From assembly GCA_944321905.1 (NCBI GenBank), contig CALUNI010000001.1, forward strand, positions 9,940 to 73,939: 64,000 bases of DNA, read 5' to 3'. This document shows positions 55,121-63,440 of this stretch, in pieces. Both the position numbers and the translations under genes were made by a program. How positions within the stretch are numbered: position 1 is the first letter of the stretch; every line of letters starts with the position of its first letter. This DNA comes from an uncultured Muribaculaceae bacterium. Lineage in GTDB: Bacteria; Bacteroidota; Bacteroidia; Bacteroidales; Muribaculaceae. The notes beneath the pieces are model-generated. The model ran no database searches, was not told where the DNA came from, and worked only from the letters and a program-made list of their open reading frames with translations.

Positions 55121-57628
55121 TTATTTAATCACTACTTTCTCCGATGCTACAGAACCGGCGATACTCGTCATCTTAAGCAAGTACATGCCCCGTCCCACAC
55201 TGTCGTCGATGACACACTTGACGGTGGGTTCCGGGTCGGTTCTTGCACTGAACACGTTCCGGCCTTGCAGGTCAACAAGGTCAATCCGGCACAAGTCCAT
55301 GTCACGGGCAGTCAATGTACGCCCGTCAAACGAAAAATGGTCGCAAAGAGCCACATCATCGACCGATGAACCTTGCCCATAGTCCGACGACTGGTAGCGG
55401 GCATAGCGTTCATTCATCCTAAGCACCTCCTCGCGAGGCATCTTTTCCACTTCCTCAATGTCGCAAGTGCCAAAGGCATCCTTGAATCTCATCATCGGGT
55501 CTAAGTGTGCCGCAAAGTTCCATGTCAATGCCTCCATTACCGAATTCGTGCGACGCGGGTTGTTGCTGGTGCGTACCGTGAACGCCTCCTGTTGCAGACC
55601 TTCGGCCTCGCCGGGATATAGCTCGCCTCGCAAGTTCATCGAGAGCTTGCTGTCGTGAGCCGACACTCGTGCAATCTGCAAATATTCTTCTTTCCCTGTT
55701 ATCAGATACAGCCTGTAATAAACAAACGACGACCATGCAAAACCCAGATCGGCTGCCGAGTGGCCGATGGCTATTATATGCTGCCCCACTATGCTGCGAT
55801 CGCGAGGCCAGTCGGTGGCGGCAGTCTGGTCGGTTTCTACAGGCACGTCATACATGAAAGTCCACGATGCGGTATATATTGCCGCCTGCTCTGCTGCCTC
55901 AAGCCACTTGGCATCGCCTGTCAAATCATACATTGCGAGGAAGCCATTGACGGCCTGCTGCCCCGACTCGCTGTCAATGGTCTGCGGATTGTCAATCACG
56001 CAAGCCACGTAATAATAAGGTTTGTGTACATTTTCGTAGCAGAACTCGGCAGCCTTGACTGCCGTCTCCTTGTATTGCTCATCGCCGGTGGCTATGTATA
56101 ATTCCACTAAATAGCGAAGGCTGCATGTGGTCGTATATTTGTTGGTGTTGCCTGCCGGATGACGGCCATCAACCACTTGGAACGGTTGATATTCAAGGTA
56201 AAAACTGCCATCGTCGTTCTGGTTGTCAACGAGCCAGTCGCCAAACCTCATGCAGGCGTTGAGCCACGACGGGCGTTCTATGCCATTGCGCTTGGCATAC
56301 GCCCATGCATTAAGTACTCCTGCCATGCCGTTACATCCTTGGCGAATGGATGTATAAGCCCAGTCGTCCCAATATCCACCTATTGCGGCATACCGAGACT
56401 TGGGCAGCCCAAGGTCGCTCAACGATTTTGTCGCCCAGAATGTAACCACCTTGTCACCAGCGCGCTGCCAATCCTCGTTACCCTGCTCTAAACCGGCACG
56501 GAACAATGCATAGCCGGCAGTCGGCTGCGCACCAACGAAACCAAGTTCGTATGTATCGGTATTGACCTTAAAATCCCGCAGGTTCACACTCCAAGGGAAG
56601 CCCGGTGCGGTGGCCTCGGCGGGGGGAGCCATATAATACTTGTCGAGCGTTGCAATCAATGCGTCATACGCCGCGCCCAAGTCTTCGGTATATACTGCCG
56701 GGTCGTAAAGATTAAAGGCCAGCAGCCACGATTGCTCCACTGCCGTGGCGTAATCCTCGGTCTTGCCAATTTTGTAATACACCTTATAACTATGCCGGTC
56801 AAATCCTTGCTGCAACGGATGACGGCGTTCACCCATGCCACCGGTGCGAGTGTCGTTACCCGGATAAGTGACCACCGTGGTCACGACATCATCCTTGCGC
56901 TTCGTCACGCCAATGCCTCCAAATTGGTAACCGTCATCGACAGTTACTCCGAGGTGGTCGTTCATCGTTGTCTCGCACTTGGTATCCTTGTTTATGAGAG
57001 TTATGGTCAGCCCGTCCTGCTTGCGGCGAGTCATCACCACAGGCAGCGTCACACGGTCTTCGCGATAATAAAAATTGTCATCGGTGGCCACGGGTAGTCC
57101 GGCGGGTAGATTCCCTGCAGCATCGAAATTGCCACGGTACCACACCGCCGGAATGAAATACTCGTTATCGGTGATTTCGGTCGTCTCGGTCGCCTGAATG
57201 CCAAACGAGCTGTAGAACCCGGCAGTATAAGGATTATCCCCAAGCTCAGCAACCTTGACATTACGCTGCAATTCAAATTCCCCGTTCCCTTTAGAAGAAT
57301 AAATGTCGGTCACTTCAAATTTAACCGTCGATGGCGTGGCTGCCACCTCGGCCACGGCACAAATGCCCCCGTCGTCGGTTTTCTCATATGAGGTATAGCG
57401 ACAATAAAATTCCTTGTTGGTGTCGATAAACAGTGCCGGATTACTTTCGGCATCGCCATTCAATTCTTCACCGTAGGCGGCATAAGAGATGTAAAACGTG
57501 CCATCGTCGGCCCGGTTCACGTTCAGCGTAACATCGCCCGAGGTGATTGCCGCTTCTTGCGCAGCTCCCGACAGGGCTATCGCCAACAAGCCGGCTGCAG
57601 GTATGATACTTCTTTTGAGCAAATTCAT
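55121..57628 (-). CDS. secreted protein of unassigned family, putative (alpha/alpha)6-barrel carbohydrate-active enzyme, with T9SS C-terminal sorting domain
   Basis: 835 aa with a signal peptide. It is a paralog of 45955..48162, sharing FYYREDRVTLPVV, DGSFYLEY, KYTTT, YLVELYIATGD, VIDNP, ESGQ, MYDLTGDAKW, AIGHS, YYRLYLITG and MRFKDAFG. The C-terminus IDLVDLQGRNVFS...GMYLLKMTSIAGSVASEKVVIK is a T9SS CTD pattern. It is the first gene of the minus-strand PUL operon. Confidence 0.55.
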   Translation of the reverse strand: MNLLKRSIIPAAGLLAIALSGAAQEAAITSGDVTLNVNRADDGTFYISYAAYGEELNGDAESNPALFIDTNKEFYCRYTSYEKTDDGGICAVAEVAATPSTVKFEVTDIYSSKGNGEFELQRNVKVAELGDNPYTAGFYSSFGIQATETTEITDNEYFIPAVWYRGNFDAAGNLPAGLPVATDDNFYYREDRVTLPVVMTRRKQDGLTITLINKDTKCETTMNDHLGVTVDDGYQFGGIGVTKRKDDVVTTVVTYPGNDTRTGGMGERRHPLQQGFDRHSYKVYYKIGKTEDYATAVEQSWLLAFNLYDPAVYTEDLGAAYDALIATLDKYYMAPPAEATAPGFPWSVNLRDFKVNTDTYELGFVGAQPTAGYALFRAGLEQGNEDWQRAGDKVVTFWATKSLSDLGLPKSRYAAIGGYWDDWAYTSIRQGCNGMAGVLNAWAYAKRNGIERPSWLNACMRFGDWLVDNQNDDGSFYLEYQPFQVVDGRHPAGNTNKYTTTCSLRYLVELYIATGDEQYKETAVKAAEFCYENVHKPYYYVACVIDNPQTIDSESGQQAVNGFLAMYDLTGDAKWLEAAEQAAIYTASWTFMYDVPVETDQTAATDWPRDRSIVGQHIIAIGHSAADLGFAWSSFVYYRLYLITGKEEYLQIARVSAHDSKLSMNLRGELYPGEAEGLQQEAFTVRTSNNPRRTNSVMEALTWNFAAHLDPMMRFKDAFGTCDIEEVEKMPREEVLRMNERYARYQSSDYGQGSSVDDVALCDHFSFDGRTLTARDMDLCRIDLVDLQGRNVFSARTDPEPTVKCVIDDSVGRGMYLLKMTSIAGSVASEKVVIK

Positions 57629-57662
57629 TTTTTGTTGTTTTTAGGTTTATTTTCTCCTATTG

Positions 57663-57670
57663 CAAAATTA
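57663..57670 (-). promoter_or_regulatory. candidate -7 promoter box (TAATTTTG) for the PUL operon
   Basis: It matches TAnnTTTG on the minus strand, 35 nt upstream of the ATG at 57628. Confidence 0.35.
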
Positions 57671-58000
57671 GACGGGCAGCCGAAGATGCCTCTTGATTTT
57701 TCTTCCAAAGAATAACACAATATTACCTATTTCGACAAATCGCATCGCCATTGCACAAAATTCAAAACCCGGCAATTTTCCACAAAAAATGCTGTTTTCT
57801 GCCAAGCATCGCCGATTTATTGTGCTATTTTGCCATTATATGCCACACAACATCGTTGTCGGGCATAAAGACAAGGGCGGCCAGAAACATTTTCCACCCC
57901 CTGCACACGTTTCGACAAACAGCAAAAACTCTATCTTTTCAAAAAATTGCTTTTTCCTGTCATTTACCGAATGCCGACTATTAAAGTCCGATTATTTTAT

Positions 58001-58008
58001 TAACTTTG
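58001..58008 (+). promoter_or_regulatory. candidate -7 promoter box (TAACTTTG) for the HTCS gene
   Basis: It matches TAnnTTTG, 67 nt upstream of the ATG at 58075. Confidence 0.3.
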
Positions 58009-58074
58009 AATAATTATTCAACGACTTTGCCTTAGAGCTTGTCCGAATTTTGCAACATTAAGCCTAATAAATTA

Positions 58075-61000
58075 ATGAACCACCGCCGGAGCATCGTTTT
58101 ACTTTGCATCTTGTCAACCATCGTTTGCGCGCTACATGCCAATAACGCTTACTACTTTAGCCATATCGACATCGAAGACGGCCTGTCACAAAATACTGTG
58201 TTCTGCATACATCAGGACGCAAAAGGGTTTATGTGGTTTGGGACAAAAAACGGACTTAACCGATTTGACGGTTACTCTTTCAAGATATACACTCGCGGGA
58301 ACGCAAAATCGGGATTAGGAAACAGCACTATAAACTGCATCGCCGAAGACTCCGACGGCACACTGTGGATTGGGACCGACAAAGGCGCATATATATACAA
58401 TCCTCGAACCGACAAATTCAACTTCTTCAATGCCACCACATCCGATGGCACACCGCTGAGCAGCAACGTGCTTAACATATCATTCCACGGCGACCACGTA
58501 CACATACTGTCGGGTATCGACCTTTACATGTATTCCAAGGAAAGCAAGACCTTGAAATCGACACGACGCGACCTAAAAGAATTCTCCTCGGCTGCCCCAT
58601 CAGCCATATATTTAGACAACGACATACTATGGATTGCCATCCCCAACTATGGCATAGTAAAATATGATGGCGACACATATTTGCCCTTCTACAAGGATTC
58701 GTATAACCGCATCACAGGCTTACACAGCGTAAACAACAAATTAGTAGCCGGAACATCGTCGGGCGGCGTGATAATAATCAACAAGGCTTCGGGGAAGCAC
58801 AACCGCATCGACCTAAAGCAATTCAACAACAGCGACGAAAAGGAAAATCCGCTTGTGCACACCATAGCAAACGTGAACAACAACATCTGGATAGGAACCG
58901 AAAACGGAATATTCATATGTGACGACCGCAAGGTAATAAAAAACCTCACCCACAGGCCAAGCGACATGTTCTCGCTGTCAAACAACGCCGTCTATTCCAT
59001 AACCCAAGACCGAGACGGTGGCATATGGGTAGGAACATATTTTGGTGGAATCGACTACATGTCGAAGCACAGCTCCACATTTGAAAAATATTATCCCACT
59101 GAGTCGCCTAAATCGATAAGCGGACTGCGCGTGAGGGAAATGTGCAGCGACCGGTCGGGAGCGATATGGATTGCCACCGAGGATGCCGGATTGAACCGTT
59201 TCGACCCCGTGACCAAGCAATTTGAGCGCATACCTCATGGCAAAGGCGCAGGCTCGTTGTCATACTACAACATACAATCTCTATCATTAAACGAAGACGA
59301 ACTGTGGATAGGCTATTACCACAAAGGCATCGACGTATATAACATAGCCACAAAAAGCATCCGCCACTACGAGCATGGCAACACGCATGGCGCACTCGAC
59401 AACAACGACGTGTTCTCTATCTACACCGACAGCTCCGGGCAAACATGGATAGGCACATCGACCGGAGCTTTACAGTATGACCCACACCTCGACAGTTTCA
59501 AGAAATTCAACGATATAGGGACATTCTACATCAGCGACATACAGGAAGACGACGACGGATACCTGTGGTTTGCCACCTACAACATAGGTGCCATCAGATA
59601 TAATCCAGCCACAGGCGAAATAAGGCAATTCAGCTACAACCCCGGCGACTCGACATCGATATGCTACAACCGCATAACCACAATTTTCCTCGACCATGAC
59701 AACAGGCTGTGGTTCGGCTCTGAAGATGGCGGGCTATGCTCCTACGACAGCGCAACCGAGACTTTCACGCAGATAACCACCGCCGACGGGTTGCCAAGCA
59801 ACGTGGTGCATAAGATACTTGAAGACAAGAATCACCGCCTGTGGATAAGCACCAACAACGGATTGTCGAACTTCGACCCGGCAACAAGAATCATACACAA
59901 CTACAACACATCAAACGGCCTGCCGGGAAAACAATTCAACTACAACTCGGGCCTCGCTTCCGACGACGGAATGCTGTACTTCGGCAACATAAACGGCATG
60001 ATAGCCTTCTTCCCTAACGACTTGAACGAACAAAACAAAAAACAATTGGTGACACTGACCGAATTCCGCATATGGGACAAGGAGGTTGAAATAGGACAGC
60101 CCGACTCGCCACTCGGAGTATCGATCGCATATGCCGGTGAAGCCAACCTGCGGCACAACGAGTCGTCGTTCGGCATAGATTTTTCGTTGCTCGACTACGC
60201 CGCATCCGAAACCAACCGTTTTGCCTACCGCCTCGACGGTGTTGACAAAGACTGGATATACACCGAGGGACACTCTGTCTCATACAGCAACGTCAATCCG
60301 GGCGAATACACGTTCCGTGTCAAGGCAAACGACAACGGACGCACCGACAACACCGAGACCACATTGCGCATCGTCGTCACGCCGCCTTGGTATGAAACCG
60401 ACCTTGCTCGTTCATTCTATGCCGCCACCGGCATTTGCATCGGCATGCTTTCATTCCGAGCCTACCGCAAACGTTCGCGCAAAAAGCAGGATGAAACACG
60501 AGAAAAACAAGAAAGGGAAAAACAGACTGAAATATACAACGCCAAGATAGACTTCTTCACGAATATAGCGCACGAGATACGCACGCCGCTTACCCTTATA
60601 AAAATACCTCTCGACTCGATACTCAACGAGGGAATAGACACGCTGAAAGCAAAAGAATACTTGCAAATAATCAAACGCAACACCGACCGACTGTACGACC
60701 TAATAAACCAACTGCTCGACTTCCGCAAGACCGAATCAAACATACGCAAACTACACATGGAAGCTACCGACATCAATGCATTGATAAGCAACACACTCAT
60801 TCGCTTCCGCCCGGCAATGGAACAAAACGGGTTGAAAATCGACTTGCAACTGCCCGAGCAGCACATAAGCGCCATAATCGACAAGGAAGCAATAACCAAG
60901 GTATGCAGCAACCTGTTTACCAACACCATAAAATATGCCAAGTCGTATGTCAACATTTCCCTCTCGCAGAACGATGAATTCAAATACTTCGAGATTCGCG

Positions 61001-62118
61001 TGAGCAACGACGGCGACCCGATACCCGAAGAATACCACAAAAAAATATTCGACGCGTTTTTCCAAATCGACTTTCACCACAACCCGCAACGCTCTGGCTC
61101 GGGACTGGGACTCGCATTGACGCAATCACTCGTTCAGCTGCATAACGGACACATATTCGTTGACGAAAAAGCCCGGGATACATCGTTTGTCGTACAAATT
61201 CCGTTAGGCGACACCATGCAGCATCCGAGTCGCAGCCAACAAGAAAACCAAGGCGATGCCAATGACGGACAGACCGACAACGAAACCCACGAACCGGAAA
61301 AAGAAGAAAATGCAAGCGGTAAAAGCTCGGCTCGTAACCGCAATTCGATATTGATAGCCGAAGACAATGAAGAACTGTTGCACTTCATTGCCAATTCGTT
61401 GTCAAAAACTTATAACGTGTACACTGCCTCAAACGGTGCCGAAGCTCTTAAACTACTTGAGGCAGAGAAAATCGACGTGGTAGTTTCCGACATAATAATG
61501 CCGATAATGGACGGCATAGACTTGTGCAACAACATCACCACAAACCTGCAAATGTGCCACATTCCTGTAATACTGCTCACCGCACGCACAAACCTCGACA
61601 GCAAGATAAAGGCATTAAAAAATGGTGCCGCGGCCTACATAGAGAAACCGTTCTCGATGGAAATGCTCGAAGCGCAAATCGAAAATCTACTCGACAGCCA
61701 CAGCATGCTGCGTAAGAATTTCGCGCAAAACCCATTCATAGATTCTACATCAATGGCTCGGAACAAGACCGACGAGAAATTCTTGAACCGCCTTACCGAA
61801 ATAATCCTTGCCAATATCGACGAGGAGAACTTTAACGTCGATGAGCTTGCAAGCGAGATGAACATGAGCCGAACAAGCCTGCATCGGAAACTAAAAGAAA
61901 TATCGGGACTCACGCCTGGCGACTTCATACGAGTGGTACGCCTTAAAAAAGCCGCCGAACTGTTGCGAGGCGGCGAATACCGAATCAACGAAATTTGCAT
62001 ACTCGTGGGCTTCCACAGCCAGTCTTATTTCACAAAGAGTTTCCAGAAGCAATTCGGCATGCTGCCAAAGCAGTTTGCAAAAAACGGCGGCAACACTACC
62101 GAGGCAAAATCCGTTTAA
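58075..62118 (+). CDS. hybrid two-component system (HTCS) sensor kinase/response regulator with AraC-type HTH
   Basis: I chose the ATG at 58075 because the track start at 58039 is TTG. Domain order is a signal/TM, periplasmic beta-propeller repeats (WFGTKNGLNRFDG, WIGTDKGAY...) and a Y_Y_Y-like region, a TM, an intact HisKA H-box (FFTNIAHEIRTPL), HATPase (GSGLGLAL), a receiver (ILIAEDNEEL...VVVSDIIMPIMDG...KP) and an AraC HTH (GFHSQSYFTKSFQKQFG). Confidence 0.92.
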   Translation: MNHRRSIVLLCILSTIVCALHANNAYYFSHIDIEDGLSQNTVFCIHQDAKGFMWFGTKNGLNRFDGYSFKIYTRGNAKSGLGNSTINCIAEDSDGTLWIGTDKGAYIYNPRTDKFNFFNATTSDGTPLSSNVLNISFHGDHVHILSGIDLYMYSKESKTLKSTRRDLKEFSSAAPSAIYLDNDILWIAIPNYGIVKYDGDTYLPFYKDSYNRITGLHSVNNKLVAGTSSGGVIIINKASGKHNRIDLKQFNNSDEKENPLVHTIANVNNNIWIGTENGIFICDDRKVIKNLTHRPSDMFSLSNNAVYSITQDRDGGIWVGTYFGGIDYMSKHSSTFEKYYPTESPKSISGLRVREMCSDRSGAIWIATEDAGLNRFDPVTKQFERIPHGKGAGSLSYYNIQSLSLNEDELWIGYYHKGIDVYNIATKSIRHYEHGNTHGALDNNDVFSIYTDSSGQTWIGTSTGALQYDPHLDSFKKFNDIGTFYISDIQEDDDGYLWFATYNIGAIRYNPATGEIRQFSYNPGDSTSICYNRITTIFLDHDNRLWFGSEDGGLCSYDSATETFTQITTADGLPSNVVHKILEDKNHRLWISTNNGLSNFDPATRIIHNYNTSNGLPGKQFNYNSGLASDDGMLYFGNINGMIAFFPNDLNEQNKKQLVTLTEFRIWDKEVEIGQPDSPLGVSIAYAGEANLRHNESSFGIDFSLLDYAASETNRFAYRLDGVDKDWIYTEGHSVSYSNVNPGEYTFRVKANDNGRTDNTETTLRIVVTPPWYETDLARSFYAATGICIGMLSFRAYRKRSRKKQDETREKQEREKQTEIYNAKIDFFTNIAHEIRTPLTLIKIPLDSILNEGIDTLKAKEYLQIIKRNTDRLYDLINQLLDFRKTESNIRKLHMEATDINALISNTLIRFRPAMEQNGLKIDLQLPEQHISAIIDKEAITKVCSNLFTNTIKYAKSYVNISLSQNDEFKYFEIRVSNDGDPIPEEYHKKIFDAFFQIDFHHNPQRSGSGLGLALTQSLVQLHNGHIFVDEKARDTSFVVQIPLGDTMQHPSRSQQENQGDANDGQTDNETHEPEKEENASGKSSARNRNSILIAEDNEELLHFIANSLSKTYNVYTASNGAEALKLLEAEKIDVVVSDIIMPIMDGIDLCNNITTNLQMCHIPVILLTARTNLDSKIKALKNGAAAYIEKPFSMEMLEAQIENLLDSHSMLRKNFAQNPFIDSTSMARNKTDEKFLNRLTEIILANIDEENFNVDELASEMNMSRTSLHRKLKEISGLTPGDFIRVVRLKKAAELLRGGEYRINEICILVGFHSQSYFTKSFQKQFGMLPKQFAKNGGNTTEAKSV

Positions 62119-62165
62119 CCCAAATCGGCCATTAGATTTTATGGTGATTTTTAGGATTATGTCAA

Positions 62166-62232
62166 GCAGGTTTTCAAGGCACGAGCCGCAGGTATAGCGG
62201 GCTATGTCAAGGTTTATGCCTTGAAAACCTGC
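62166..62232. repeat. perfect 16-bp inverted repeat (GCAGGTTTTCAAGGCA / TGCCTTGAAAACCTGC) with 35-nt spacer
   Basis: I read it directly in the HTCS-miaA intergenic region. TATGTCAAG also occurs twice as a direct repeat (62158-62166 and 62203-62211). Confidence 0.6.
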
Positions 62233-62314
62233 CGACAGAAACTAAAAGCGGCATAAAAAGCATTTTCAAAACAAATATTTGCGGCCTAATGATCGTTTTA
62301 GGTTTAAGGAAGAA

Positions 62315-62353
62315 CTGCGGGTACGTTGCTGCCGGCGTACCGCAGATGTTTTT
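62315..62353 (+). terminator. rho-independent-type terminator between the convergent HTCS gene and miaA
   Basis: CTGCGGGTACG...CGTACCGCAG forms a stem of about 10 bp with one bulge and a 10-nt loop, followed by ATGTTTTT. Confidence 0.5.
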
Positions 62354-62395
62354 CACACACGTTCTATGCCAATTGTTTAATGCGACGCTGTTTTT

Positions 62396-63307
62396 TTACA
62401 CTCCGGCCATGCCGATTATGCGGTCGGCAGCGTCATGGCCGGGAGCGAGCCACGTCACAGAGGGGTCTTTGGCAAACCAACGGATTTGCTGCTTGGCATA
62501 GACGCGGGTATTCTTTTTTATACGCTCCACCGCGGTATCCCGGTCCATAATGCCATCGAAATATGCAAACATTTCCTTGAACCCTACAGTGTTGAGCGAA
62601 TTAAGATGCCGCAACTGATACACCGTGCGAGCCTCTTGCTCAAGCCCGGCAGCCATCATGGCATCCACCCGGCGGTTTATTCGGTCAAACAATTGCTCGC
62701 GAGGCAGGTTCAACCCCACTTTCACGATGTCAAACGGGCGAGCCTTTGCCTGCCCCTTGCGCAACAAGGTATATGACTGCCCCGACTGGAAACAGACCTC
62801 AAGGGCATGTAGCAGTCGCTTGTGGTTGCACGGGTCTGCTATTTTAAGATATTCGGGATCAAGTAATTCAAGCTGCGCCACGACAGCCTCTATGCCGCAA
62901 TCTTGGTACATGCCCCACACCCTTGTCCTAATCTCGGGACTGATGGTAGGCATCTCATCGATTCCGCGGCACACGGCATCTACATACATCATCGAGCCGC
63001 CGCACATCACGGCGCATCGCCGTGGCGAACGTCCGAAAACGCCCGGCAACATCTCCATCACGTCGTGTTCAAATTGAGCCGCACTGTAATAATCGGCAAG
63101 GCTCTTAATCGCCACAAAATGGTGGCGCACCTGCCGACGCTCCTCTTCGGTAGGGGCAGCCGTGCCTATCGGTATCTCGCGGAAAACCTGCCGGGAGTCG
63201 GCCGAAATGATTTCCGTGCCGAGCTTCAGTGCCACCTCGATGGCCGTTGCGGTCTTTCCCACCCCGGTAGGGCCTGTAATCACTATCAGTGTGTCGCGTT
63301 GCTTCAT
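62396..63307 (-). CDS. miaA: tRNA dimethylallyltransferase
   Basis: 303 aa with a P-loop (ITGPTGVGKTATAIE), then ISADSRQVFREIPIGTAAPT and HHF. Confidence 0.9.
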   Translation of the reverse strand: MKQRDTLIVITGPTGVGKTATAIEVALKLGTEIISADSRQVFREIPIGTAAPTEEERRQVRHHFVAIKSLADYYSAAQFEHDVMEMLPGVFGRSPRRCAVMCGGSMMYVDAVCRGIDEMPTISPEIRTRVWGMYQDCGIEAVVAQLELLDPEYLKIADPCNHKRLLHALEVCFQSGQSYTLLRKGQAKARPFDIVKVGLNLPREQLFDRINRRVDAMMAAGLEQEARTVYQLRHLNSLNTVGFKEMFAYFDGIMDRDTAVERIKKNTRVYAKQQIRWFAKDPSVTWLAPGHDAADRIIGMAGV

Positions 63308-63405
63308 GCCGCAAAATTACAAATAATCCAACACATCTGCATCCCGGCATTGCACGACATCGCATAATCATTAAAAACCGTTTTTGCAAGAAATGCAATT
63401 TTTAT

Positions 63406-63413
63406 TACTTTTG
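63406..63413 (+). promoter_or_regulatory. candidate -7 promoter box (TACTTTTG)
   Basis: It matches TAnnTTTG, 28 nt upstream of the ATG at 63441. Confidence 0.35.
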
Positions 63414-63440
63414 TAAAATCGTGGTGATATTCAAGAATAA

